Assembly (NCBI GenBank): GCA_021797745.1
Contig: JAJZZD010000001.1
Location: forward strand, 64,468 to 128,467
Length of the DNA stretch: 64,000 bases
Source: Candidatus Micrarchaeota archaeon
Lineage (GTDB): Archaea; Micrarchaeota; Micrarchaeia; Micrarchaeales; CABMGC01
Direction: 5' to 3'
Of the stretch, positions 27,180 through 36,684 are shown piece after piece. A program made the position numbers and the translations under genes. The notes beneath the pieces were generated by a model, which was not told the origin of the DNA, made no database searches, and saw only the letters and a list, made by a program, of their open reading frames with translations. Numbering within the stretch: the first letter of the stretch is position 1; each line of letters starts with the position of its first letter.

Positions 27180-27923
27180 TCACTTGTACCGTAATTTTCC
27201 GACCTTGCCAAAATCCAAGGTCTCACCTTCGCCTATGCACAACGCCCGCATATCATTTACATCTGCAAGCTTAAATATCGGAGATATGTCGCGAACCCTG
27301 TTCATATTGACCTCCACGCCCCCTGCAAAAAAATTCATTGCCGGCAGTATTATCAGTTCCCTGCCTTTACCTAGCTTGCCTACTAAGAAACAGAAAAGTT
27401 TCTCTTTAACCCCAACTTTGTTGTAAACCGCGATTGCAGGATGCACGTGGCCCATTATCCAGGTTTTAACTTCTTTTAAATTTTCTTCCGGCATTTTTTC
27501 TCCATGGAAAAAAAGGTATTTTCCGATTTTCATTTCCTGCTTGGCTATTTCTATGCCTGTGCTCGACCTGTAGCGGTCTATGAAGTTATCATGGTTTCCT
27601 TTTATCAAAACGATTCGCTTGAAGCCGATGCTTTTCAGGAATTTCACAAATTCATCGAACTCATTGAATTCCTCAACATGCACGTTCGAAAATTCATTCT
27701 TTATGTCGCCGTCTATTATTATCGTATCGGGCATTCTCATCTTTCGAGCCTTGACAATTTCTGATTTTATCTTTTTCAGGTTGGCTTTGGGGATGAAAAT
27801 GCCTTTGCTGGCCATCACACCTTCGAATCCCAGGTGCAAGTCGGAGCATACTAGCGCATTAAGAGATTTTATGTAAAGTATTGGCAGCCCTTCCAATATG
27901 TCAATGTCCTTGCCTAGCTTCAT
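27180..27923 (-). CDS. Calcineurin-like metallophosphoesterase (MPE/PdeM, SbcD-related archaeal type)
   Basis: 'ALVCSDLHLGFEG', 'IIIDGDIKNEF', 'LIKGNHDN' and 'MGHVHPA'. Sits 12 nt downstream of the Lhr gene. Confidence 0.85.
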   Translation of the reverse strand: MKLGKDIDILEGLPILYIKSLNALVCSDLHLGFEGVMASKGIFIPKANLKKIKSEIVKARKMRMPDTIIIDGDIKNEFSNVHVEEFNEFDEFVKFLKSIGFKRIVLIKGNHDNFIDRYRSSTGIEIAKQEMKIGKYLFFHGEKMPEENLKEVKTWIMGHVHPAIAVYNKVGVKEKLFCFLVGKLGKGRELIILPAMNFFAGGVEVNMNRVRDISPIFKLADVNDMRALCIGEGETLDFGKVGKLRYK

Positions 27924-27935
27924 ATGATCATTAAC

Positions 27936-30590
27936 TCATTCTGCAATGATTGAAAGCACCTGCTTTCTCAGCTCCCTGAGATGCTTTCTCCTGTCTTTCA
28001 TCATGACTATGTCCGGTTCGCCGAACGTTATCATAATATGTGAGAATGGTGAAGGCAAAGGCGTTTCTATTATTTTATATTCAAGCTCGCCGCTTTTTAT
28101 TCTGCTTATTATGTCTTTTGCCCTGGGCAGGTCCATTACATCTTCCATTATCTCGCGGTACGTTTCTTTTAGTATCGGAAAATCCGGGCTTATCTGTTCG
28201 GTTGCTTTGAGCAGCGCTTCAGCATTGAATTGCTGCTTCCTTACGCTGATTTTTATCCCTTTGTAATTTCTCAGTATCATAAACCCCCTGGCTGCGCAAT
28301 GCCTGAACCGCCTTTTCATCATCTCCGTTCTCCTTATGTTATCTTTTATCAGCCTCACAAGGTTTTTGCCTGTCAGCTCAGAGATTATTTCATCCACATC
28401 TTTTTTGTTTGTCTTTATGCCCGAATCTATAACTATTACAAATCCGTTGTCATTTATCATTATCCCGACATCAGTTTCGTAGAATTCAGAAAATAAGATT
28501 GCGAAAGCTCTTGACAAAACGTCGTTTATCCGTCTGCCATAAAGGCAGTGAAATATTATGTAATTCCTTTTCGTCTGCCTGTCTTTCGTTTTTTCTATGA
28601 GCAAGAGTCTGTCGTTTGGTACGTGCTTTGCGAACAGAAGCTGTTCGGCGAAATACCCGAATATGGCGTTTTTCGCGTTCCTGTCTATTGGCATGCTGTC
28701 TAAGACTTTGGACGACTGCGCATCTGGTTTTATCCTGTTTTTTTTCAGCAGGCTGACTATTTTCTTCCTGTTTGCAAGAGGTTTTGCCATGGATTCCGAC
28801 AGTTTTTTCCTGAATTTTCCTATCTCGACCGCAAGCTCGTAAGTCAGAGGCAATTGTTCTGAAAACCATGGAGGTATTGTAGGCATCCTGCTTTCTGCTC
28901 TAGTGACATATGCCCGCATTTCTCTAGAGTGGTCGAACCTGTACGGCTTTCCGCCAAGTACGAAAATGTCTCCGGGTTTAAGCCTGCCGAGGAATTCTTC
29001 CTCTATGCTGCCTACCCACTTATTGCCTTCTGAATACACGTTTACCGATACCGTGTCGGGTATAGTGCCGATGTTCAGATAGTAGATGAGCCTCGTGAAC
29101 CTGCCGCGCTTTCCTATCGTGTTTTCTTTTTCATCCATCCAGATTTTCCCGTAAACGTGCCTGCTTTCAAGACCTACGTAGCTTCCTGACAGGTATTCGA
29201 TTAGCCCGTCGAAATCCTTTTTCTGCAGGCCGCCGTACGGATAGGCGCGCTTCACCATCGCGTACGCATCGTCTATCCTCCATGTCTTTGTCAGGCACAT
29301 TCCCACTATGTGCTGTGCAAGAACGTCAAGCGCGTTCTTGGGCGTAGAGAAGGAATCAAGTGTGTGCCTCTTCGCAGAGTCAAGCATTACTGCGCACTCC
29401 ACAAGGTCGTCTCTGTTCATCACAATAACCTCTCCCTTTGCAATTCCGTAGAATCCATGCCCGCTTCTTCCTATCCTTTGTATGGCTCGGGTTACGCTCT
29501 TCGGAGAGCCAAGCTGCACTACGTTGTCTATTGTGCCTATGTCTATTCCGAGTTCTAGGCTGGTAGAAGACACTACGCACTTCAGCTTGCCCTTTTTCAG
29601 CATGTCCTCCACGCCAAGCCTCGTCTCTCTCGACAGGGAACCATGGTGCGCAGCCAGGTCCTGTTCTCCGTACTTGAATTTTTTCATTAAATTATATACT
29701 ACACGCTCAGTTCCGCTCCTTGTGTTAGTGAAAACAAGCGTAGTGGCATTTCCTTTGATTATATTGTTAAGTATCTTGTAAGTATTTTCCTCGATGGTTT
29801 CTGCTGAAGTATTAATTATGTCCTTTACTGGGCACATGGCCAAATACTCCATTTTTTTGTCCCATGTGGCGTCGATTATGTAACAATCCCGTTCAGTATT
29901 ATCTTCATTGTAGCCCACAAGGTATCTGGCAGCTTCTTCAAGTGGGTAAAGGGTCGCGCCCATTCCTATCCTTACAAAATCATGCCCTATCAGGTCATCG
30001 AGCCTCTCGAGCGAAAGCGACAGATGCACGCCCCTTTTGTTATTCGCCAATTCGTGTATCTCGTCTATTATCACATATTTCACGCTTTTCATGTGCTCGG
30101 CGAAGTTCTTCGAGTTTATCAGTATTGCAAGGCTCTCTGGCGTTGTTACGAGAATGTTAGGCGGCTTTCGTAGTTGCCTTTGCCTTTCCTGCTGCGGCGT
30201 GTCTCCTGTCCTGACGCCTACTGATATCTTCTTGGCATCCTGCGGCATTTTTGCGTATATGCCGTTCAAAGGGTCTTCGAGATTCCTGTATATGTCGTTG
30301 CTAAGTGCCCTCAAAGGAGATATGTAAATGCAGTAAACTTTATCTTCAAGCTCTTTTCTTTCAGCCATTCTGATGAGGTCGCTTATTATGGACATAAAAG
30401 CCGAAAATGTCTTCCCGCTTCCTGTCGGTGCAGTTATGAGCAGGTTCTTTTTCTCACCTATGAGCTTAAATGAATACAGCTGTGGCGGCGTGAGGTCATT
30501 GTACTTTTCAGCGAACCAATCCCTGACGTTGGCATTGAGGCTGTCTAAACTTTCTTTTCTGCTAAACGGCGCATCGTATCTGGATATCAT
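27936..30590 (-). CDS. lhr: Lhr-type DEAD/DEAH-box helicase (Lhr-Core plus DEAD-associated domain)
   Basis: 'LITAPTGSGKTFSAF', 'YISPLRALSNDI', 'VRTGDTPQQER', 'VIIDEIHEL', 'AHHGSLSRETR' and 'IGRSGH'. Start moved to the internal Met 'MISRYDAPF' (30590); the tracked ORF extends to 30755 with an implausible hydrophobic leader. Confidence 0.9.
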   Translation of the reverse strand: MISRYDAPFSRKESLDSLNANVRDWFAEKYNDLTPPQLYSFKLIGEKKNLLITAPTGSGKTFSAFMSIISDLIRMAERKELEDKVYCIYISPLRALSNDIYRNLEDPLNGIYAKMPQDAKKISVGVRTGDTPQQERQRQLRKPPNILVTTPESLAILINSKNFAEHMKSVKYVIIDEIHELANNKRGVHLSLSLERLDDLIGHDFVRIGMGATLYPLEEAARYLVGYNEDNTERDCYIIDATWDKKMEYLAMCPVKDIINTSAETIEENTYKILNNIIKGNATTLVFTNTRSGTERVVYNLMKKFKYGEQDLAAHHGSLSRETRLGVEDMLKKGKLKCVVSSTSLELGIDIGTIDNVVQLGSPKSVTRAIQRIGRSGHGFYGIAKGEVIVMNRDDLVECAVMLDSAKRHTLDSFSTPKNALDVLAQHIVGMCLTKTWRIDDAYAMVKRAYPYGGLQKKDFDGLIEYLSGSYVGLESRHVYGKIWMDEKENTIGKRGRFTRLIYYLNIGTIPDTVSVNVYSEGNKWVGSIEEEFLGRLKPGDIFVLGGKPYRFDHSREMRAYVTRAESRMPTIPPWFSEQLPLTYELAVEIGKFRKKLSESMAKPLANRKKIVSLLKKNRIKPDAQSSKVLDSMPIDRNAKNAIFGYFAEQLLFAKHVPNDRLLLIEKTKDRQTKRNYIIFHCLYGRRINDVLSRAFAILFSEFYETDVGIMINDNGFVIVIDSGIKTNKKDVDEIISELTGKNLVRLIKDNIRRTEMMKRRFRHCAARGFMILRNYKGIKISVRKQQFNAEALLKATEQISPDFPILKETYREIMEDVMDLPRAKDIISRIKSGELEYKIIETPLPSPFSHIMITFGEPDIVMMKDRRKHLRELRKQVLSIIAE

Positions 30591-30807
30591 AAAAATCAGT
30601 TTTGCTATGGCCAGACAATCTCGGTTACTGCTATGAGTTACTGCTATGACTTTGCCGCCATGTCTTTGCACGGTTCTGATGCGTGGGCTGCGACCTGATA
30701 TTATAGCTACAATTGCCCGGAAAAATATAAGAAACGTTGCCAAAATAACCGGCACCTAGTTACCCTCTAATTTAAAAGCCTTTTCAGCATAGTAAAGCCG
30801 TGATTTA

Positions 30808-31371
30808 ATGCCGAAGGATTCAACTTCAAAAAAGACGTCGGGCAACTTAAAGCTAATATTGATTGGTGCGATTTTGGTCGTAGCAATTCTGGCGGTTGTA
30901 TTCTTCGTTCTTCCTGCACTTACTGGCTCTGGCAACGGATTCCCGAGCGCCCAGCAGATTAGCAGCATATTCGGCTCAACATTCACTGCTTCAGGGATTG
31001 TTACGGCGAACAGCACCATGGTTGCGCAGATCTCGAGTGGATACAACAATACAGTGGTTTCTGTTTCAGGAGAAAACTACACGTCTGCAACAGCCAAGAT
31101 AACAATAGGTGAACTCAAATTCAACGCACAGGGAACAAGCAAACTGCAAAGCGTTCTGAACAATCTAAACTCGAACAGCACGCAGAAGGCAGCCCTGCAG
31201 GCAGCCGGTGCGTCTATAGAACAGTACAATGGTGTAACCTACATAATTTCACCACAGGGAACTGTGGAAGGCTTTGATGGCAGCACGTTCTTTGAAATAT
31301 TGATACAAGGCTTAGCGCCTTCGCAGAGCCAGCTTAATTCGCTAGCGCAGGCAGTGATTTCTTCCATATGA
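30808..31371 (+). CDS. Membrane-anchored extracellular protein, S/T/N-rich
   Basis: 187 aa. N-terminal basic segment plus a TM helix 'LKLILIGAILVVAILAVVFFVL'. Several N-x-S/T sequons. Confidence 0.6.
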   Translation: MPKDSTSKKTSGNLKLILIGAILVVAILAVVFFVLPALTGSGNGFPSAQQISSIFGSTFTASGIVTANSTMVAQISSGYNNTVVSVSGENYTSATAKITIGELKFNAQGTSKLQSVLNNLNSNSTQKAALQAAGASIEQYNGVTYIISPQGTVEGFDGSTFFEILIQGLAPSQSQLNSLAQAVISSI

Positions 31372-31537
31372 GCAAGAAGTCGGACCTCGCACGGGCGTGC
31401 ATGGCACTGCGTTTTGCCGCGCAGGTAAGCTAAGCTATTGCATGCAGATTTTAGTCCAGCTGCGGCGCGCATAATTTTCCTCGATGCTGATGCAAAAGGT
31501 TAATAATATATTTGTATGTAAATTTACTCCTGATTTC

Positions 31538-31810
31538 ATGGTCAAGAGAGGGGCAGGCAAAAAACAACGCACAGCCGGGCTTTCCAACAGTGCAAAAAGG
31601 CTCGCTGCGCTGAAGCATGAGCAGCAGATAGACGCGATACTAAAAGGCAGCAGCATCCAAACGCAGGCAATAGTAGACAGTGCAGGCGAGGACAAGCCAG
31701 TGAACGAATCCCACGCTCTTTCGCTTCTTGAAGAAGAGCCCGAGTCTTTATCTGTATCTAGCTCCCATACAAGGGCCAAACCATCAAGGAAGAGTGCAAG
31801 AAGAAGGTAA
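31538..31810 (+). CDS. Hypothetical small basic protein
   Basis: Start taken at 'MVKRGAGKKQR'. Both termini are K/R-rich. The competing antisense ORF (31435..31779) looks less protein-like. Confidence 0.35.
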   Translation: MVKRGAGKKQRTAGLSNSAKRLAALKHEQQIDAILKGSSIQTQAIVDSAGEDKPVNESHALSLLEEEPESLSVSSSHTRAKPSRKSARRR

Positions 31811-31819
31811 CTCTGCGTT

Positions 31820-34351
31820 TTAATTCGCTTCTAAAAACTCTGTATTTATTTTCAGCATCTCCTTAGCCTGCTTTACAGCTCTTTCTATGTCTTTCCTTTT
31901 TTCTGCTTTTTTCGAAAAGAATCTTTCGAATTCTTTCATTATTTTTCTGCCATGGAGTTCGCTGAAATTATCAACGAACCTGGGAAGCATGTGACTTCCA
32001 CTTGAGAATTTGTTTTCGAGCCACTCCCAATTTTTCTTTGTCCACTGAAGTATCAATTCATTCCCGAAGGGATTGCCAGATATCACTGACGGAATTACGA
32101 ACGTGTCCTGCGGCTTTACCTCATCCGTTTTAGCGAAGGCAAGCGCATTTTCAAGAATGTCTCTTCTGCCGAACATGCCAAGCGAAGCAAGGAACCTCTG
32201 CTTTTCCTCTGGCCTTTTCTCAGTGATATAAAGCGACTTGAATTTTTCATAAACTTTTTCGTTTCCAGTTCGTGCTGCTATGTGATATACTGAACCCCTT
32301 ATATCTGGCTCTATTTCTTTGCCCTGTTTTATAAACGCCCAGAAAAGTTCTTTTGCCTTTTCCACTATGCCTGCATTTCCGGCTAAGCCGAGGCTGTTTA
32401 TTGCTGCACTTCTCAGAAGCGTCAATTGGCTGTCTTCGTAAGGTGCTTTGTTCCAGCCTATTTTTTCGATTATTTTCGAGTTGTATTTTTCAATCAATTC
32501 GTTTATCTTGTCATGCAAGCCAGTATTCATAAAAAAGAACTGCAGAGCGTTAAGATGTCCTATTATGTTTAAATTGACCGGAAATTCAAAACAGGTATCC
32601 ATGCAGAAGTCTTCGATGAAATTCATATACTCTCTTACAGTTATCCATCTGGCCCTCGACTGCGAGAACAGGTCGCTTTCTATTCCCCACGTGTCTATTC
32701 CGTTAATTTTTCTTTCATTGATCGCTTTTCCCAGCCGCAAAAGCAGCCTGTTGTCATAAGACACTTTGTAAAGGCCAGCTTGGCCGTAATTGAGCTTTAC
32801 CCAATCGCAGTAGCCTGTGTTTATGCCAATTGATTTTGACTTCATCAGTATTGTCTTTTCAGCAGTTCCGTCTATTGACATGTGTACTGGTATCGGCCAC
32901 GTACCATTTTCCTTGCCGCCCAGCAGCGTAAAGCGCGATTGCGAAATTCTTATGCCTGTACTGCTTCCTTCGCATTTAAGCATAGGATACCCTTCTTTGT
33001 CTATCCAGTACGTAGCAACTTTTTTCACTTCTGCATGGTGCTTTTTTGCCTTCGACACATTTTCTATCGCACTCCACAGGTCTTCTTTTGTCGCATTCGA
33101 GTACGCATGCATCTTGAGGTATTTTTCCAGACCCTTCCTGAAAATTTCAGGCGTCGCATAGTCCTCTATCATGTATAACACGCTGCCCCCTTTTTCATAG
33201 CTTATTTCGTCGAAAATGCTGTCTATTTCATTAGGCGTGTTTACCTTGACGCTTATGGGGTGTGTAGAGTGCAGAGAGTCTGCGCCGAAGGCAGCTCCGA
33301 ACACATTTGTGAAGTATTCAAGGTTCATCTTCCATTCAGGAAACACGTTTTCTACTGCCTTGTAGCTCATGAATGTAGCAAAACTCTCGTTAAGCCAGAG
33401 GTCGTTCCACCATCTCATTGTGACGAGGTCGCCAAACCACTGATGAGCCAGCTCATGTGCTATAGTATTAGCAACATACTGCTTGTATGCAAGCGTGCTT
33501 TTTTCATCTGCCAGCAGTGCAGTTTCCCTGAATGCCATGGCTCCCCAATTTTCCATAGCTCCTGCCGCAAAATCAGGCACTGCTATGAGATCCAGTTTTT
33601 TAAGAGGATATTTTACGTTGAAGTATCTGTTGTAAAAATCTACGAATTTCCCTGCATACTCTAGGGGCAGCTTGGCCATTTCTTTCTTGCCAAGACCTGT
33701 AACGACTCTTATCTTCAAACTGCCTAGCTGTTCTTCTGCATACTCGCATTTCCCTACGTAAATATACAAGAGATACGTTGACATTTTAGGGGTTCGCTCG
33801 AAAACTACTAGCTTTTTATTTCCTGACTTTTCTGTTTTTTTAATTGGCGTATTGGATATCGCGTCCAAGTCTTTGTCAACTACTAGAGAAAGTTCAAATG
33901 TAGCTTTGAATTCAGGTTCGTCAAAACAGGGGAAGGCCGAGCGAGCATCTGCGGCCTCAAACTGCGTGGTAAGCAAATGCTCTTTTTTGTTTCCGTGCAT
34001 GTATGAGCTCCTGTAGAAGCCATGCATCTTATCCGCGTTAAACCCCTTGAATTTTACGAACAGAGTGATTTTCCCACTCACATTATTTTCAAGCTTTATT
34101 TCAAAGGATTCCTTTTTGGGGTTTGGTCTTATTATGCCCTGAATTTCGCCCTTTCCATCCTTTATTATGCCTGCTTTTATGATTTTAATCTCCTTCGCAT
34201 TGAGAGATATTGAGTTTGCAGGCCTCTTTACTTCTGCTTCTATCTCAACATATCCGTCGTACTCAAACCTTTTCATATCGCAGTCAAGCTTTATCGAGTA
34301 GTGCGTTGGAATCACGTTGTTTCCAAGCGTTTCGTGAGCGTTGTTTTTCAT
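31820..34351 (-). CDS. M1-family aminopeptidase (aminopeptidase N / tricorn-interacting factor F3-like)
   Basis: 843 aa. 'GAMENWG' exopeptidase motif and the zinc site 'HELAHQWFGDLVTMRWWNDLWLNESFA'. Confidence 0.95.
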   Translation of the reverse strand: MKNNAHETLGNNVIPTHYSIKLDCDMKRFEYDGYVEIEAEVKRPANSISLNAKEIKIIKAGIIKDGKGEIQGIIRPNPKKESFEIKLENNVSGKITLFVKFKGFNADKMHGFYRSSYMHGNKKEHLLTTQFEAADARSAFPCFDEPEFKATFELSLVVDKDLDAISNTPIKKTEKSGNKKLVVFERTPKMSTYLLYIYVGKCEYAEEQLGSLKIRVVTGLGKKEMAKLPLEYAGKFVDFYNRYFNVKYPLKKLDLIAVPDFAAGAMENWGAMAFRETALLADEKSTLAYKQYVANTIAHELAHQWFGDLVTMRWWNDLWLNESFATFMSYKAVENVFPEWKMNLEYFTNVFGAAFGADSLHSTHPISVKVNTPNEIDSIFDEISYEKGGSVLYMIEDYATPEIFRKGLEKYLKMHAYSNATKEDLWSAIENVSKAKKHHAEVKKVATYWIDKEGYPMLKCEGSSTGIRISQSRFTLLGGKENGTWPIPVHMSIDGTAEKTILMKSKSIGINTGYCDWVKLNYGQAGLYKVSYDNRLLLRLGKAINERKINGIDTWGIESDLFSQSRARWITVREYMNFIEDFCMDTCFEFPVNLNIIGHLNALQFFFMNTGLHDKINELIEKYNSKIIEKIGWNKAPYEDSQLTLLRSAAINSLGLAGNAGIVEKAKELFWAFIKQGKEIEPDIRGSVYHIAARTGNEKVYEKFKSLYITEKRPEEKQRFLASLGMFGRRDILENALAFAKTDEVKPQDTFVIPSVISGNPFGNELILQWTKKNWEWLENKFSSGSHMLPRFVDNFSELHGRKIMKEFERFFSKKAEKRKDIERAVKQAKEMLKINTEFLEAN

Positions 34352-34469
34352 ATGATTGCCTGACTTGTTATTTACTTATGTCATATCGCTGCCAAACGTT
34401 TTTAAACCGTGCCCAAAACAAAAACAATGTTTATATACTGGAAAATTCAAAATGATAATTGGTGGGTAA

Positions 34470-35000
34470 ATGTGGGGAATAAAGCAAAAAACCATACCTG
34501 AGCATGGCATAGGAGTTGAAAATGAAACTGCCGGAAAGCTGGAAGAAATTTTGGCGATACTCGGCTGCAAAGAACCTCTGCATATTGTCGAATCTCTGAC
34601 ACCTGAAAAGACGGCCTTGGTTGTATTCGACGGCGTATTTTCAGGCAAGTCAAACGAAGAAATACGCATGGACTTGGCACGTTCAACTGCCGAAATGCAG
34701 AGTGCGCAACCCCGACCAAAAGAAAGCAATATCACAGATACCGTGGTGACTGAAATTATTCTAGGAAAACTAGGGTGCGCAAATCCGGCGCATATAATGA
34801 ATGCGCTGTCGCCTGAAGAGATTTCAGTGATATTGTGCAACGCAGTGCTTTCGGGCGAGTCCAATGAGGAAATCAGGATGGACATTGCGCGGGCTCAAGC
34901 GGAAAATCCGAAATTAAACATAGGCAGAAAAACTGAGCTCCAGTCAGTCTTTAGGCCAATATATCCGTTTCGCGTGTCAATTGTCAACAATGCAGTATAG
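34470..35000 (+). CDS. Hypothetical protein built from two ~52-aa repeats
   Basis: The repeats share 'LGC..P.HI...L(T/S)PE...V.SG.SNEEIRMD.AR' and are offset by exactly 70 aa. The antisense 169-aa ORF is S-rich and judged spurious. Confidence 0.6.
   Translation: MWGIKQKTIPEHGIGVENETAGKLEEILAILGCKEPLHIVESLTPEKTALVVFDGVFSGKSNEEIRMDLARSTAEMQSAQPRPKESNITDTVVTEIILGKLGCANPAHIMNALSPEEISVILCNAVLSGESNEEIRMDIARAQAENPKLNIGRKTELQSVFRPIYPFRVSIVNNAV
34539..34904 (+). repeat. Intragenic tandem duplication (two units, period 210 nt)
   Basis: Unit 1 is 34539..34694 and unit 2 is 34749..34904. 27 of 52 aligned residues are identical by my manual count, including an identical 'SNEEIRMD'. Confidence 0.75.
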
Positions 35001-35032
35001 CGCCTGTAGCCAAAACATGGCGCAGTTAAAAC

Positions 35033-35347
35033 GTGTCTGCTTCGGTTATTTCGGGTAATGACCGCTGCAGATTATGCCAATATGCCAATAGCGCTAAAAA
35101 TGGTGGGGAAATGGGATTGATGTCAAAGTTAAAGCCGAAGATAGGTTCAGGAATACTGATAGTGCTGGGTCTTCCTACTGAAGAAGACGAAAACAGCTAC
35201 GGAATTGGGCGCGGAGTGCCAGTTCCTACTACGCAGCAGTTAGAAGATAGATTAAAAATTTACAGCCCGAAGCGCTACCTAATTGACATAGCCAGAGCCG
35301 CAGAACCTGAGATTAACGATTTGGCGCAAAGGTTGAAACGGGAGTAG
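35033..35347 (+). CDS. Hypothetical small protein
   Basis: 104-aa ORF. A shorter version could start at 'MGLMSKLKPK' (35111). No motif recognised. Confidence 0.35.
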   Translation: MSASVISGNDRCRLCQYANSAKNGGEMGLMSKLKPKIGSGILIVLGLPTEEDENSYGIGRGVPVPTTQQLEDRLKIYSPKRYLIDIARAAEPEINDLAQRLKRE

Positions 35348-35387
35348 CAGGATGCTCACTGCAGATTTACCTGCATAATTGTCAAAG

Positions 35388-36581
35388 CTATTTCTCTTTT
35401 TTTTCAACGCTTTTTCCTACGGAGAGCCTTACTCCGTTGGTGTCGCGTTTGATTGATATGTCAAGGTTGTCGCTTCCCAGCATGTGTCTGAGCTCTTCGT
35501 ATGTGTAGGAGCCTATGTCCCTGCCTGCTGGTTTGTTTTTCAGGACTTCCGCACGCCTCTCTATCAGCTGGTCCTTTCTTATCTCGTTGAAAAGCAGCGA
35601 GAGCTGAGAGGCGAATCCGAAGTTTTCTATGCCCTGCTCTATCGGCTTGTATCCTTCGCTCTGGTAAACAAACTGCTCAACTGCGGAGAACTCGCTCCTT
35701 ATTCCATCAACCACTTTTTCAACGTTAGTACGCGTTCCGGCAACCATGAAGTCGTCGCCATCAAGGAAACCTACGAATGTGCTGTCGCCTGTTTCCTTTA
35801 TCTTATCCTGCAGCAGCTGTGACACAAGCCTCAATATAGTCATGCCCGCCTCGTTCCCGAACCTGCTTGCAAAATCAGCAAGGCCCTCTAGCTTCAGCTT
35901 GCCAATCTCGTAGTCTTCAGAGGGTGCTTTTATTGCCGATTCGAGCTCTTCTGATATTCTTTCGGCATTCGGCAGGTCTATGAGAGGGTCGAATTTTTTG
36001 CCCTTTTTCTTTAGAAATATTGTCACTAGGCCTCTCAACTCCTCTGGGTCGAAAGGTTTCTTTATGTAGTAATCTGCTCCGTACTTGATGCCTTTGAACC
36101 TGTTCGACGTGGCGTCCAGTGCGCTGACTATTATCACAATGGTATCTTTCAGGTTGGCATTGGTCTTTATTTCTTGGCATATCGTCAGTCCGTCAACTCC
36201 AGGAAGCATCAAATCAAGTATAACTAAATCGGGCTTCTCATACTTTATCCTTTCAAGCGCTTCGCTGCCGTCATAAATCTGCAGTATGTCAAAGCTTTTC
36301 CCTATCGAAAGGGCCATGAGCTTGTTTATGTTCTTGTCGTCTTCAACTATGAATACCCGCTTTATCGGTTGTCCTTCCTGCAGCATGTAATAAGTGAGTA
36401 TGCCGCCTGTGCTTCGCGCAGCTATAGCGTTGGCCTTCTCAAGCTCGCTCAGGCTCCTCTTTAGAACCTCCGGCTCTATGCCGTTGGAATTTGCATACCC
36501 ATTTATCTCGCTGAACGTCACTTCCTGCTTGTCGTTCACTAATGCTATTATATCTGCCTCTGCCTCCTCCAAAGTCGCCAT
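35388..36581 (-). CDS. Response regulator: winged-helix-like N-terminus, REC domain, degenerate GGDEF-like domain
   Basis: REC: 'VFIVEDD', 'DLVILDLMLPGVDG', 'IIVSA' and 'YYIKKPF'. Downstream, 'DPLIDLPN...LEGLADFASRFGNEAGMTIL...FLDGDDFMV' parallels the GGDEF-domain blocks (DxLTGLxNR ... FKxxNDxxGHxxGDxxL ... GGDEF) with GGDEF replaced by DGDDF. Start taken at 'MATLEEAE'. Confidence 0.8.
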   Translation of the reverse strand: MATLEEAEADIIALVNDKQEVTFSEINGYANSNGIEPEVLKRSLSELEKANAIAARSTGGILTYYMLQEGQPIKRVFIVEDDKNINKLMALSIGKSFDILQIYDGSEALERIKYEKPDLVILDLMLPGVDGLTICQEIKTNANLKDTIVIIVSALDATSNRFKGIKYGADYYIKKPFDPEELRGLVTIFLKKKGKKFDPLIDLPNAERISEELESAIKAPSEDYEIGKLKLEGLADFASRFGNEAGMTILRLVSQLLQDKIKETGDSTFVGFLDGDDFMVAGTRTNVEKVVDGIRSEFSAVEQFVYQSEGYKPIEQGIENFGFASQLSLLFNEIRKDQLIERRAEVLKNKPAGRDIGSYTYEELRHMLGSDNLDISIKRDTNGVRLSVGKSVEKKEK

Positions 36582-36684
36582 GTAGTCGCCTGAAACAGTC
36601 GTCAAAATAAAATGTGCAGCAAAAGTATAATATTCTTTCTTGCGCAATCCAACACATTTCATACAAGAGTTTAGGGCGATTTAC

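Noticed and set aside
34376-34885. 169-aa minus-strand ORF opposite the tandem-repeat protein gene
   Set aside because: The plus-strand frame shows an internally duplicated, well-balanced sequence. The minus-strand product is S-rich and runs into the aminopeptidase promoter region.
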